Assembly: GCA_963793865.1 (NCBI GenBank)
Contig: CAWCBP010000008.1
Span: forward strand, 355,182 to 419,181
From: an uncultured delta proteobacterium
GTDB lineage: Bacteria > Desulfobacterota > WTBG01
Direction: 5' to 3'
DNA: 64,000 nt
The translations under genes and the position numbers were made by a program. Positions within the stretch are counted from its first letter, which is position 1, and every line of letters begins with the position of its first letter. The notes below the pieces were generated by a model. That model did not search any database. It saw only the letters and a list, made by a program, of their open reading frames with translations, and had not been told where the DNA came from. Below are positions 16,276 through 24,762 of the stretch, one piece after another.

Positions 16276-17744
16276 GGTTTTGAACAGCTTTCCCGGGCAA
16301 TATGCGGGGGTCCTGAGTGAGTTCCGTGCATATAAGGATTAAGCGGGCCGTCCGCATAGCGTGCCGGGGCAAACGGCATATATTCCTTCTGGTGAAACTG
16401 CTGCACCACCTCGTCGGCGAAAAACGCCCCCAGCGGGGTAAGCTCAACGCGGGACCCGGTTTCGCTGATAAGCCCGAACTCTTTAAGGCCTGCAAAAATG
16501 CCGGGGAAGGCTTCGGCCAGGGGAACCCCGGTCACCGCTTCAAAATGCTTTTTTCTGATAAAATAGTTCTTCAGCGGCAGTATGATTGCCCACCGCGTCT
16601 GCTCATCTTTGCTGCGCACCAGGCCGCGATTGAGCGGCAGGCGCCCCGCCTCAACGGCGCCATAGTACTCGTCAAAGTACTGCACGTTCAGGCTGAAGCG
16701 GTCGCGCATGCTGCTGAACGCGGTCAGCCCGAACCCTATCTGGTCGAGCAGGGCGCAGCACTGGTTGAAGGCGTACAGCGAAATGTCCGACCGTTTCCTG
16801 GTAAACACCCGCCGCAGGTTCTCGTGAAAGCCGCTGCGGGCGAGCAGGTCGATGGCCACCTGCTTCATCAGGAACATGTCTTCAACCGCTATCATTTCAT
16901 CGGGACGGATCTCCCGCACCTTTTGAATCACCCCCTGCTGGTCCCCGTAGGGTATGACCTTGAGCCGGTAAAACTGGATTTCGTCGACGCCGGCGCCCAG
17001 CGCCTGCTCCAGCACCGCCACCCAGTTTTCCATGGTCTGACCGGGATACCCGAAGATGAATTCAATGTTCACCTTGTAGCCGTATTCCTGCGAGTTCCTG
17101 ATGGACTCAAGCGCAACCGCGGCATCATGTGAACGGTTCATCCGTTTGAGTATGGCGTCATTGAAGGACTGCACCCCGATGGTCAGGCGGTTGACGCCGA
17201 ACGACCTCATGATGCGCAGCCGCTCCCTGCCTTCGGGACCCACCAGGGTTGAAGGATCAACGTCATAATTGAACTGCCGGCATCCGCCCATGTCCAGCCG
17301 GGAGGTGAAGAAGGTCAGGAAGCGCTCCAGCTGTGCCGGGGTCAGGTCGGTCGGCGTCCCGCCGCCGACCAGGATGGAGCGCGCTTTAATGGAGCTGATT
17401 CCCAGCCGGCGCAGGTAGAGATCCATCTCCCTTTCCAGCGCAGTGAGGTAGCGGTCTTTTTCCGCATCAGCCGCGCCGTAGAGGGAGGGATAGTGGCAGA
17501 ACACGCAGCGGCGCATGCAAAAGGGAATGTGCACGTAGAGATCAAACATGCCGTCCGGCGGCAGGGTGTACGTGTCAAACAGCGCTTCTTCGGTAACCGG
17601 CGGATACATGGTAATCGGCGGATAGTGGACCGAGGGGAAGAAGTCCCCGTCCATGGGAACGAGCCCCGCCTTCCTGAGCCGCCGGTAATCGTCCAGTCTC
17701 GGGCGGGCCGCATCCAGCATTTCCCTGATTTCGCCGCTACGCAT
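16272..17744 (-). CDS. HemN-like (class C type) radical SAM enzyme
   Basis: YVHIPFCMRRCVFCHY CX3CX2C, VGGGTPT, RLTIGVQSF, FIFGYPGQT; start moved to ATG 17744, overlapping upstream stop. Confidence 0.85.
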   Translation of the reverse strand: MRSGEIREMLDAARPRLDDYRRLRKAGLVPMDGDFFPSVHYPPITMYPPVTEEALFDTYTLPPDGMFDLYVHIPFCMRRCVFCHYPSLYGAADAEKDRYLTALEREMDLYLRRLGISSIKARSILVGGGTPTDLTPAQLERFLTFFTSRLDMGGCRQFNYDVDPSTLVGPEGRERLRIMRSFGVNRLTIGVQSFNDAILKRMNRSHDAAVALESIRNSQEYGYKVNIEFIFGYPGQTMENWVAVLEQALGAGVDEIQFYRLKVIPYGDQQGVIQKVREIRPDEMIAVEDMFLMKQVAIDLLARSGFHENLRRVFTRKRSDISLYAFNQCCALLDQIGFGLTAFSSMRDRFSLNVQYFDEYYGAVEAGRLPLNRGLVRSKDEQTRWAIILPLKNYFIRKKHFEAVTGVPLAEAFPGIFAGLKEFGLISETGSRVELTPLGAFFADEVVQQFHQKEYMPFAPARYADGPLNPYMHGTHSGPPHIARESCSKP

Positions 17745-18810
17745 GAAAGGCCTCCATGGAGAGTCGCATGCCCGCGCGGCGCACAATGTCTTCAAGGTGC
17801 GCTTCATTCGGCACAACGCGCTTGAGGGAGTAGATGGGGAAAAGGCGCTTCAGCTCCGGGGGCGTTCCGTCGTGAATGGTGACGGTATTGGCGCCGGCCG
17901 TCAATCCGCGGTACTGCCCCTCCGGCGCTGCTTTTTCCAGGGAACTGGTGGCCGGCATGAGCACGGAGGGATTCATGATCCTCATCAGGGCCATGACGGC
18001 AAGGGTACGATCCAGGCTCCCCATCGGTTCATCCCGGCAGCAGGAGTCTTCCGAGGGGATAAATGCCGTGCAGCTCACCATGGACAGGGGATATTGTTGC
18101 ACCAGCAGCAAATCAGCCGCGATGTCCTCCAGCGTCTGGCCGGGCAGGCCGACGATGTTTCCGGTGCCGACCGCGAAGCCGGCGGACAAAAGGTGCTCAA
18201 TGCACGCCAGCCGCCGCGTGAGCGAGTCACCGGGTTTCAATTGTTCATAGAGCGCGGGATTGGCTGTTTCAAACTTGAGAATATAGCGCTCCGCCCCCGC
18301 TTTCCTGAGCCGGCGATACTGGTCGGGACGCAGATTGCCGAGGCACAGGATGACCAGCAGGTCGCTGAAGCGGGCCTTCACCCTCTCGACGCAGCGGCAC
18401 ACATAGTCGACAAAGGATTGAGCGGGGTTTTCACCCGACTGCAGGAGTATGACCCGCCTGCCCTTCAGGTAAACGGAGGCAACAATTTGTTCAAATGCCT
18501 CCGGGTCAATCCGGTAGCGTTCCCGCTTCGAGCTTCTGGCCATGTTGCAATAGAGGCAGTCGCGCACGCAGGTATTGGATATTTCGATCACGCTCCGCAC
18601 TTCCACTTTTTTTTCAGGAAAGTGGAGGTCCCGCGTCTTCCGTGCCAGGGCAAAGAGAAGGGATTGCGCTTCACCGTCGAAGGAGAGTGCCTCTTTCAGC
18701 AGGGAGGGATGGAAATCACCGCTCGCAAGCGCATCAATCACTTCATGAAATGCCATCTGCCGCGTGCTTTCGACACACATGGTATCCTGTCCCTTGGTGA
18801 CTCTGCTCAC
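17737..18810 (-). CDS. HydE/PylB-like (BioB-family) radical SAM enzyme
   Basis: VRSVIEISNTCVRDCLYCNM, LLQSGE, YILKFETAN, VGTGNIVGLPGQT, MPATSSL, GANTV. Confidence 0.85.
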   Translation of the reverse strand: MSRVTKGQDTMCVESTRQMAFHEVIDALASGDFHPSLLKEALSFDGEAQSLLFALARKTRDLHFPEKKVEVRSVIEISNTCVRDCLYCNMARSSKRERYRIDPEAFEQIVASVYLKGRRVILLQSGENPAQSFVDYVCRCVERVKARFSDLLVILCLGNLRPDQYRRLRKAGAERYILKFETANPALYEQLKPGDSLTRRLACIEHLLSAGFAVGTGNIVGLPGQTLEDIAADLLLVQQYPLSMVSCTAFIPSEDSCCRDEPMGSLDRTLAVMALMRIMNPSVLMPATSSLEKAAPEGQYRGLTAGANTVTIHDGTPPELKRLFPIYSLKRVVPNEAHLEDIVRRAGMRLSMEAFHA

Positions 18811-19694
18811 ACCCTGCAGAGCAGTATCACCCCGAACACCGTAAGCACCGCCCCGGCTATCTCCATCAGGGTGACCCGCTCCTTTAAAAACACCACCGCC
18901 AGCGGAATGACGAACAGGGGCTCAGCCGCGCTCAGCGCGTTGGCGATGGCAATCTCGACGTGCTTTATGGCCACCAGCGACAGCCAGAAGCCGCCGAAGG
19001 TGACCACGCACACCGAGATCACGAATACGCCGAGCATGTTCATGTCGCTGAAGGGGTTGATCCACTCCCTCACCCGGCCGGTGAGCATGCCGAAGATGAG
19101 CATGCCCAGGGTTCCCGCGACCATGCGAATGAAGGTGGCGGTCATGGTTGAAACCGAGCCCAGCGCCTGCTTGGCAATAATCAGCGAGATCGACATGGCC
19201 AGCATGGAGAAAAAGCCCAGCAGGATGCCCCGCATCCTGGTCGGCCGGTGGGTTTCATCCCGCGAAATCTGGGTGAGCAGCACCATGGCAATGCCGGCGA
19301 GGACCACCCCTATGCCCGTCCACTCCCCCGGCCGGGGCACCTCTCCCAGAAAAAGGATGGCCAGCAGCGCGGTGAGAATCTGTCCGGCCATGAAAAACAC
19401 GATCAACCCGACCGGGCCGAGGTCCTGCAGGGCGGCAAAAAAAAGCGTGTCTCCAACGGCTATCCCCAGTATGCCGCTCACCAGCAGGAGGCCGAGCGCC
19501 CCGCCGGGAATGGCGCCGTATCCGGTGATGCAGAGCACCGCCCCCAGCAGCAGCGAGCTCACCGCCCCCTTGCTCAGGGTCATGCCGAAGGGGGTGACCG
19601 TCTCACCGATGCGCTTGAAGAGAATTGAGCCAACTGCCCATGATGCCGCGGAACCGAGCGCAGCGCCCATGCCCAGCAGCTTAAGGTCTGTCAC
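18807..19694 (-). CDS. DMT/EamA family transporter
   Basis: About 10 TM helices in two repeats; GDTLFFAAL, AAEPLFVIPLAVVFLKERVT; GTG start with AGGAGG RBS. Confidence 0.85.
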   Translation of the reverse strand: MTDLKLLGMGAALGSAASWAVGSILFKRIGETVTPFGMTLSKGAVSSLLLGAVLCITGYGAIPGGALGLLLVSGILGIAVGDTLFFAALQDLGPVGLIVFFMAGQILTALLAILFLGEVPRPGEWTGIGVVLAGIAMVLLTQISRDETHRPTRMRGILLGFFSMLAMSISLIIAKQALGSVSTMTATFIRMVAGTLGMLIFGMLTGRVREWINPFSDMNMLGVFVISVCVVTFGGFWLSLVAIKHVEIAIANALSAAEPLFVIPLAVVFLKERVTLMEIAGAVLTVFGVILLCRV

Positions 19695-19741
19695 GTCTCC
19701 TCCTGTGGATCTTCAACGGACGGCAACCGGGTCATGCCGGA

Positions 19742-21031
19742 TCACTCGTACCGCAGCGCGTCGATGGGATTGAGGCGCGCCGCCTTCCGCGCCGGGAAAA
19801 AGCCGAAGATGATGCCGATGGCCGCGGAGACCATCACCGAGACAAAAATCATTTGTGCCCTGATCAGGGCGCTGAAGGCGGTAAACCCGTTGATGCCCCA
19901 TGCGGCAGCCAGCGCCAGCAGCACCCCGCAAATGCCGCCGATCAGGCTCAATACCACCGCCTCGGTGAGAAACTGCACCATGATGTCGCTGCGGCATGCC
20001 CCCACCGACATGCGTATGCCGATCTCGTGAGTTCTTTCGGTGACTGACACCAGCATGATGTTCATGATGCCGATGCCCCCCACGATCAGCGCGATGCCCG
20101 CGATGGCGGCCAGAAAGCTGGTCATCAGCTTTGAGGATCTGGTGACCACCTCAATGATTTCAGTCTGGTTCTGAATGGTGAAATCATCCTCCCCGCTCTC
20201 CAGGCGATGGGCATCACGGAGGGCGGCTCGCATCTCCTCCTCGGCGTCTTCAAGCACATCCTCCGACACCGCGCTTGCGGTAATCAGATCGATGTAACGC
20301 CCGCCCTTGAGACGGTACAGCACCGTGGTGGCCGGGGCGATGACCAGGTCGTCCTGGTCCATCCCCCTTCCGCCCTGCCCCTTTTCCTCAAGCACGCCGA
20401 TGACGGTGAAGGGTATGTTTCTGATGCGGACCTTCTGCCCCACGGGATTTTCGCCGGCAAACAGCTCGTCGGCAACCGTCCTGCCGAGCAGCGCAACCTT
20501 TCTTCGCCCGTTCACATCCTTTTCGGTGAAAAGCGTGCCCTGCTCCGGCTTCCAGTTTTTTATCTTAAAATAATCGGTGCCCACCCCGCATATTTCGGTT
20601 GCCCAGTTGGCACTTCCGGCGATGACCTGCCCGCCCGCCATGACCAGCGGCGATATGGCCCGGAGCTGTGTCACCGATTGTCTGATCTTCTCCACGTCAT
20701 CCAGGGTAAAACGGTTGAGGCTTCCCATGCCCCGCTGCACACCTCCCAGGCGGCTTGATCCGGGAGAGACAATGATCACGTTCGTGCCCAGGAGGTTGAT
20801 TTCCTTCCTGATCAGGTCCTGGGTTCCCTCCCCGACCGCCGACATGACGATCACCCCGCTTACACCGATGATGATGCCCAGCGAGGTCAGCATGCTGCGC
20901 AGCTTGTTCTTGAGAATGCTCCTGAGGGCGATCCCGAGCAGATTCTTAAATATTAGCGGCAACCCCATATCCTGCACCATGTGTTCTGCCGGTCCCGCAT
21001 CCGGCGGCGCCCGGTGGGCCGAAACGCTCAC
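19742..21031 (-). CDS. MacB/FtsX-type ABC transporter permease (no ATPase domain)
   Basis: LRSMLTSLGIIIGV, GTNVIIVSPG, VGGIGIMNIMLVSVTERTHEIGIRMSVGA, PARKAARLNPIDALRYE. Confidence 0.9.
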   Translation of the reverse strand: MSVSAHRAPPDAGPAEHMVQDMGLPLIFKNLLGIALRSILKNKLRSMLTSLGIIIGVSGVIVMSAVGEGTQDLIRKEINLLGTNVIIVSPGSSRLGGVQRGMGSLNRFTLDDVEKIRQSVTQLRAISPLVMAGGQVIAGSANWATEICGVGTDYFKIKNWKPEQGTLFTEKDVNGRRKVALLGRTVADELFAGENPVGQKVRIRNIPFTVIGVLEEKGQGGRGMDQDDLVIAPATTVLYRLKGGRYIDLITASAVSEDVLEDAEEEMRAALRDAHRLESGEDDFTIQNQTEIIEVVTRSSKLMTSFLAAIAGIALIVGGIGIMNIMLVSVTERTHEIGIRMSVGACRSDIMVQFLTEAVVLSLIGGICGVLLALAAAWGINGFTAFSALIRAQMIFVSVMVSAAIGIIFGFFPARKAARLNPIDALRYE

Positions 21032-22329
21032 AGGCCGGGGGGCGGCGGTCCGGGCGGCGGACCCATGGACCCCGGCTGGTCTCCCATCAGTATCCGATTC
21101 ACATTGCCAATGCTCTTGCCGCCCTTGTCTGTGCTGCTCACTCCGCAGAGCACCTGCATGCCTTCCTGAAGCATGCCCGGATCGGAGAGCTCGGTAAACA
21201 TCCCGTCGGCAATGCCGGTCTTCACCCGCTCCATTGTCAGACGGCCGTCCCGGTCAATGAACCACAGTTGACCGTCGCTGTCCCGGGAGGCATCCTGCCC
21301 GGAAGGGGAGGCCGTGCGGGCCGCGCCGTCTTCCTGCGGCCTCTTGAGGCCGCCTCCGGCTGACTCCCCGGAGGGCTGAAACTGAAGCGCGGCGGTGGGA
21401 ACGAGCAGGACACCGCTTCTCTCCGCGATCACAAAGTCAACCTCGGCGGTCATGCCCGGAAGCAGCAGGTGATCCTCATTGACGGCGTCAACCACCACCG
21501 TATAGTTAACCACGTTGGATATCAGCCTGGGCTGCAGGCGGATTTTTTTCACCACCCCTCCAAAGACCCTGCCGTCATATGCCTGGACCTCGAACTGCAC
21601 CTTCTGCCCCTCTTTGATTTCACCTATGTCGCTCTCATCCACGTTTACCAGGATTTCCAGGTGCGACAGGTCGGCGGCAATCTCAAACAGCGTGGGCGTG
21701 GCAAAATTGGCCGCGAGCGTCTGCCCTTCCTCCACGTTTTTCGCGATCACGATGCCGTCAATGGGTGAGCGGATCACCGCGTACTCGAGATTGCGCCGGG
21801 CCTTCTGCAGGGTGGCCCTGGCTGATTGCAGCTCCGCCTGCCGTGTTTTTAACTTGACCCGGGTGGTTATGAACTGGAAGTCGGAAATGACCCCTTTTTT
21901 AAAAATCGGCAGATTGCGATCATACTCCGCCTGTGCTTCCTCCACGGCCGCTTCTTTATTGCTCACGTTCGCTTCCGCGTTATCCACCTCCGCCTTGAAG
22001 AGCGAGGTGTCCAGCTCTGCCAGGAGCTGATCTTTTTTGACCCCGTCGTTGTAATCCACGTGAATTCTGGCAATGGTGCCTGATACCTGCGTGCCCACCT
22101 CCACCTTGGTTACCGGATCAAGCGGGCCGCTGCAGGATATGGTTTTCCTGATGTCGCCCCTGCTGATGGCGGCCATTTTGTACGGGGCATTCCCGCGCTG
22201 CGCAAAAAACCCTCCGATAAAACGCACCAATCCCGCGAGCACGATTGCGCCTACCAGTAGCCACAGCAACCTCCCTCTCGCGCCCTTTTTAGCCGTCATG
22301 GGCGGTTCGATGCTTTCCTGCGACGCCAT
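21028..22329 (-). CDS. MacA-like periplasmic adaptor (membrane fusion protein)
   Basis: N-terminal TM; VEVGTQVSGTI, IRSPIDGIV, VDESDIG, LLPGMTA. Confidence 0.9.
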   Translation of the reverse strand: MASQESIEPPMTAKKGARGRLLWLLVGAIVLAGLVRFIGGFFAQRGNAPYKMAAISRGDIRKTISCSGPLDPVTKVEVGTQVSGTIARIHVDYNDGVKKDQLLAELDTSLFKAEVDNAEANVSNKEAAVEEAQAEYDRNLPIFKKGVISDFQFITTRVKLKTRQAELQSARATLQKARRNLEYAVIRSPIDGIVIAKNVEEGQTLAANFATPTLFEIAADLSHLEILVNVDESDIGEIKEGQKVQFEVQAYDGRVFGGVVKKIRLQPRLISNVVNYTVVVDAVNEDHLLLPGMTAEVDFVIAERSGVLLVPTAALQFQPSGESAGGGLKRPQEDGAARTASPSGQDASRDSDGQLWFIDRDGRLTMERVKTGIADGMFTELSDPGMLQEGMQVLCGVSSTDKGGKSIGNVNRILMGDQPGSMGPPPGPPPPGL

Positions 22330-22436
22330 GTTTTCACCGTCTCATGTTCTTTCGGAATTGAATCGTCACCGCGCGAGGTTACAATACGGGTACTTTATAT
22401 AATAAGCGCATAAAAACACAATATTAAAATTGACAA

Positions 22437-23147
22437 TTGTCCCAAAGTTCTATACATGTCATTAGGAAAAAGCCACCGTGTGAGCCCGCACCCATGTCAG
22501 CAATGAAACAGATCATTGCAGCCCGCCACTACAGCTCTTCTGACTCTTTGATCCCTTTTGTGCGTGATTCCTCTCATCCCCAGCCGGCTGTTTGCCGCCC
22601 CGCCCCCCGATCATTGCCCGACCGGATTTACATCATCGGGTTTTCCGGCGTGGGGAAAACAACCGAGGGAGCAATAATCGCCCACATGCTCGGTCGGAAA
22701 TTTATTGACCTGGATCAGGCGATTACCGGAAGCACCGGGAAGACCATACCGCAGATTTTCGAGGAAGGGGGACAAGACCGCTTTCGCGCCGTCGAGACAC
22801 GTGTGCTCCACGAACTGGCGGCAGCCGAACACAACGCGGTTATTGCCTGCGGGGGAGGGACGGTCTGTGAACGGATAAACCGCCGCATCCTCAAAGAGAG
22901 CGGCCTCAGCATCCTGCTCGTTGCCGATGTGCAGACGATCTATAAGCGCACGCGTTCGTCCGACCGGCCGCTGCTGAGCGGCGCGGACCCGCTGCGAAAG
23001 ATTGAGGAGCTCCTGCGCGATCGCCGTCCTCTCTACCTCGAGTGCGCTGACTGCATCTTCTCAACGGGCCGGACATTGCCCGATGAGGTTGGAAGAGACA
23101 TATGTAATTACTATCTGGCCGGGCAGCCCCAGGCCGGTATGCGTTAG
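22437..23147 (+). CDS. aroK: Shikimate kinase (true start probably downstream, e.g. TTG 22614)
   Basis: IIGFSGVGKTT Walker A, FIDLD, FRAVE, ACGGGTV, RPLL. Confidence 0.85.
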   Translation: MSQSSIHVIRKKPPCEPAPMSAMKQIIAARHYSSSDSLIPFVRDSSHPQPAVCRPAPRSLPDRIYIIGFSGVGKTTEGAIIAHMLGRKFIDLDQAITGSTGKTIPQIFEEGGQDRFRAVETRVLHELAAAEHNAVIACGGGTVCERINRRILKESGLSILLVADVQTIYKRTRSSDRPLLSGADPLRKIEELLRDRRPLYLECADCIFSTGRTLPDEVGRDICNYYLAGQPQAGMR

Positions 23148-23200
23148 CACATTAAAAAAGTGTAATCGGTAAAAGCAGCTCAAACATGGAGGATTTCAAA

Positions 23201-23623
23201 ATGGGTCCGGGAGAGAATGCGGTTTCTTATTTTGAGCAGGGAAATAACTGAGCGGTGTCAGTGTTTCGCTCGTTGAGCGAACTGGTTGATGCCGGTGAGA
23301 GGATGGACTATCATCTGGCGGCGGGATTCGGAGGCGGCCTGGGCAGAAACGGTTACGTGTGCGGTGCCGTCGCGGCTGCAACCATGATTATCAGCCTGGA
23401 GGGAAGGGGAAAGGAGAAGAAGGAGATCTACAGAGATGTGGATGGATTTCTTAATGATTTCAAATCCCGCTTCGGAGAGGTTAATTGCCGCGGACTGCTG
23501 GGAGTGGACCTTAAAACCAAAGAGGGAATGGCATTTCTCGCAACAGAGGGACACAAAAAGTGCGCTGACTATGTCCGTTACGCCGCGGACCGGGTGGGGG
23601 ACATGATTAGTGTGAAGGAGTGA
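23201..23623 (+). CDS. C-GCAxxG-C-C family redox protein, predicted selenoprotein (Sec at TGA 23249-23251)
   Basis: GGAGG RBS + ATG 23201, MGPGENAVSYFEQGNN-UGA-AVSV in frame with the track ORF 23255; GFGGGLG, VCGAV, VNCRGLL, KCADYV; TGA occupies the first conserved Cys position. Confidence 0.8.
23254..23293 (+). promoter_or_regulatory. Bacterial SECIS-like hairpin
   Basis: Lower stem GGTGTCA/TGATGCC, upper stem TTCGCTC/GAGCGAA, apical loop GTT whose G lies 21 nt after the UGA. Confidence 0.7.
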
Positions 23624-23640
23624 GGGGAGATAGGACGAAT

Positions 23641-23777
23641 GATGCAGGATACAGGATACATGATGCACGATACAGGATGTGAGGTGAGGCAAATCCGAAG
23701 CGCGAAGAGAGGTAAACCCTAATTTCAAAATCCCAAATCCCAAAGAAATCCAAAATCCAAATGTCAAATGCTCAAAA
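23641..23777. repeat. Degenerate 7-bp tandem arrays (GATRCAN x6; AAATCCN-type x7-8)
   Basis: gatgcag gatacag gatacat gatgcac gatacag gatgtga; aatttca aaatccc aaatccc..tccaaat gtcaaat gctcaaa. Confidence 0.7.
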
Positions 23778-23843
23778 CGGAAACCACGAAAGACGCGGAA
23801 ACAACATACTTCACCAGAGCGTGAAGGAAAACGACAGGCAACA

Positions 23844-23905
23844 GTAGGGGCAACCCCCTGTGGTTGCCCTTTGATATCCGGGCAGGCACAGGGGCCTGCC
23901 CCTAC
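23844..23905. repeat. GTAG-type REP doublet
   Basis: GTAGGGGCAACCCCCTGTGGTTGCCCT..GGGCAGGCACAGGGGCCTGCCCCTAC: two hairpins bounded by GTAG/CTAC. Confidence 0.7.
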
Positions 23906-23943
23906 TCAACCGACAAACAAGGGAACGGGCAAACCAGCAAACC

Positions 23944-24762
23944 ATGAACCGCCCTAAGATCACCGCCTCCACACAACTCTGCGCCATCATCGGCAACCCC
24001 ATAGGACATTCCCTCTCTCCGCTGGTGCACAATGCCGCTTTCCGGCACCTCGGGCTGGATTATGTTTTCGTGGCATTCCGGGTGGAGCGGCTGCAGGAGG
24101 CGGTCCGGGGCATCGCGGCGCTCGGTTTGAAAGGGATCAGCGTCACCATACCTCACAAGGTGGAGGTGATGGCCTGCCTGGATGAGATAGAACCGGTGGC
24201 CCGGCGGATAGGGGCGGTGAACACCATTGTCAACAGGGATGGAAAGCTCATCGGCTATAATACCGATTGGAACGGCGCCATGAGGGCACTGCAGAATAAA
24301 ATTGAGCTTCAGGGAAAAACTGCCGTGGTTCTGGGGGCGGGAGGTGCGGCGCGGGCGATCGCCTTTGGCCTTAAAGAAAAGGGCGCTGACCCGGTTATTC
24401 TCAACCGGACGGTTTCCAAAGCCGAAGCGCTGGCTTCAGGGCTCACATGCCGTTTCGGCGGCCTTGAGCTCATCGACAAGCTGTCTTTTGACCTGGTAAT
24501 TAACGCCACCTCAGTGGGGATGTCCCCCGACGCGGACCGCACGCCCCTGAACAGGACGGTGCTCAAGAATGTGCTTGTCTTTGACACGGTGTACAATCCC
24601 TTAAAGACCCGCCTGATCAGGGAGGCTGAAGAAAACGGCTGCGCCACGGTAACGGGGCTGGAGATGTTTGTGAACCAGGCGGCCCTGCAGTTCGAGCTGT
24701 GGACCGGGCAGACGGCCCCGCTGGATATCATGAAACAGGTTACCGCCCGGGAGCTGGCATGA
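23944..24762 (+). CDS. aroE: Shikimate dehydrogenase
   Basis: GNPIGHSLSP, SVTIPHK, GAVNTI, NTDW, LGAGGAAR, NATSVG, GLEMFVNQA. Confidence 0.95.
   Translation: MNRPKITASTQLCAIIGNPIGHSLSPLVHNAAFRHLGLDYVFVAFRVERLQEAVRGIAALGLKGISVTIPHKVEVMACLDEIEPVARRIGAVNTIVNRDGKLIGYNTDWNGAMRALQNKIELQGKTAVVLGAGGAARAIAFGLKEKGADPVILNRTVSKAEALASGLTCRFGGLELIDKLSFDLVINATSVGMSPDADRTPLNRTVLKNVLVFDTVYNPLKTRLIREAEENGCATVTGLEMFVNQAALQFELWTGQTAPLDIMKQVTARELA

Noticed and set aside
16272-17744. Calling this HemN or HemW
   Set aside because: Family motifs are present, but its context (MTase, second RS enzyme, exporters) and N-terminus differ from housekeeping HemN/HemW.
17737-18810. Calling this radical SAM enzyme BioB or HydE
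   Set aside because: Motifs are HydE-like rather than BioB-like but diverge from HydE at diagnostic sites, and no hydrogenase maturation genes are nearby; no gene symbol assigned.
17743-19773. 676-aa antisense ORF
   Set aside because: Shadow of the radical SAM and EamA genes; no motifs or RBS.
23641-23905. Short repeats as a CRISPR array
   Set aside because: Units are 7 bp and contiguous, with no unique spacers, and there are no cas genes.
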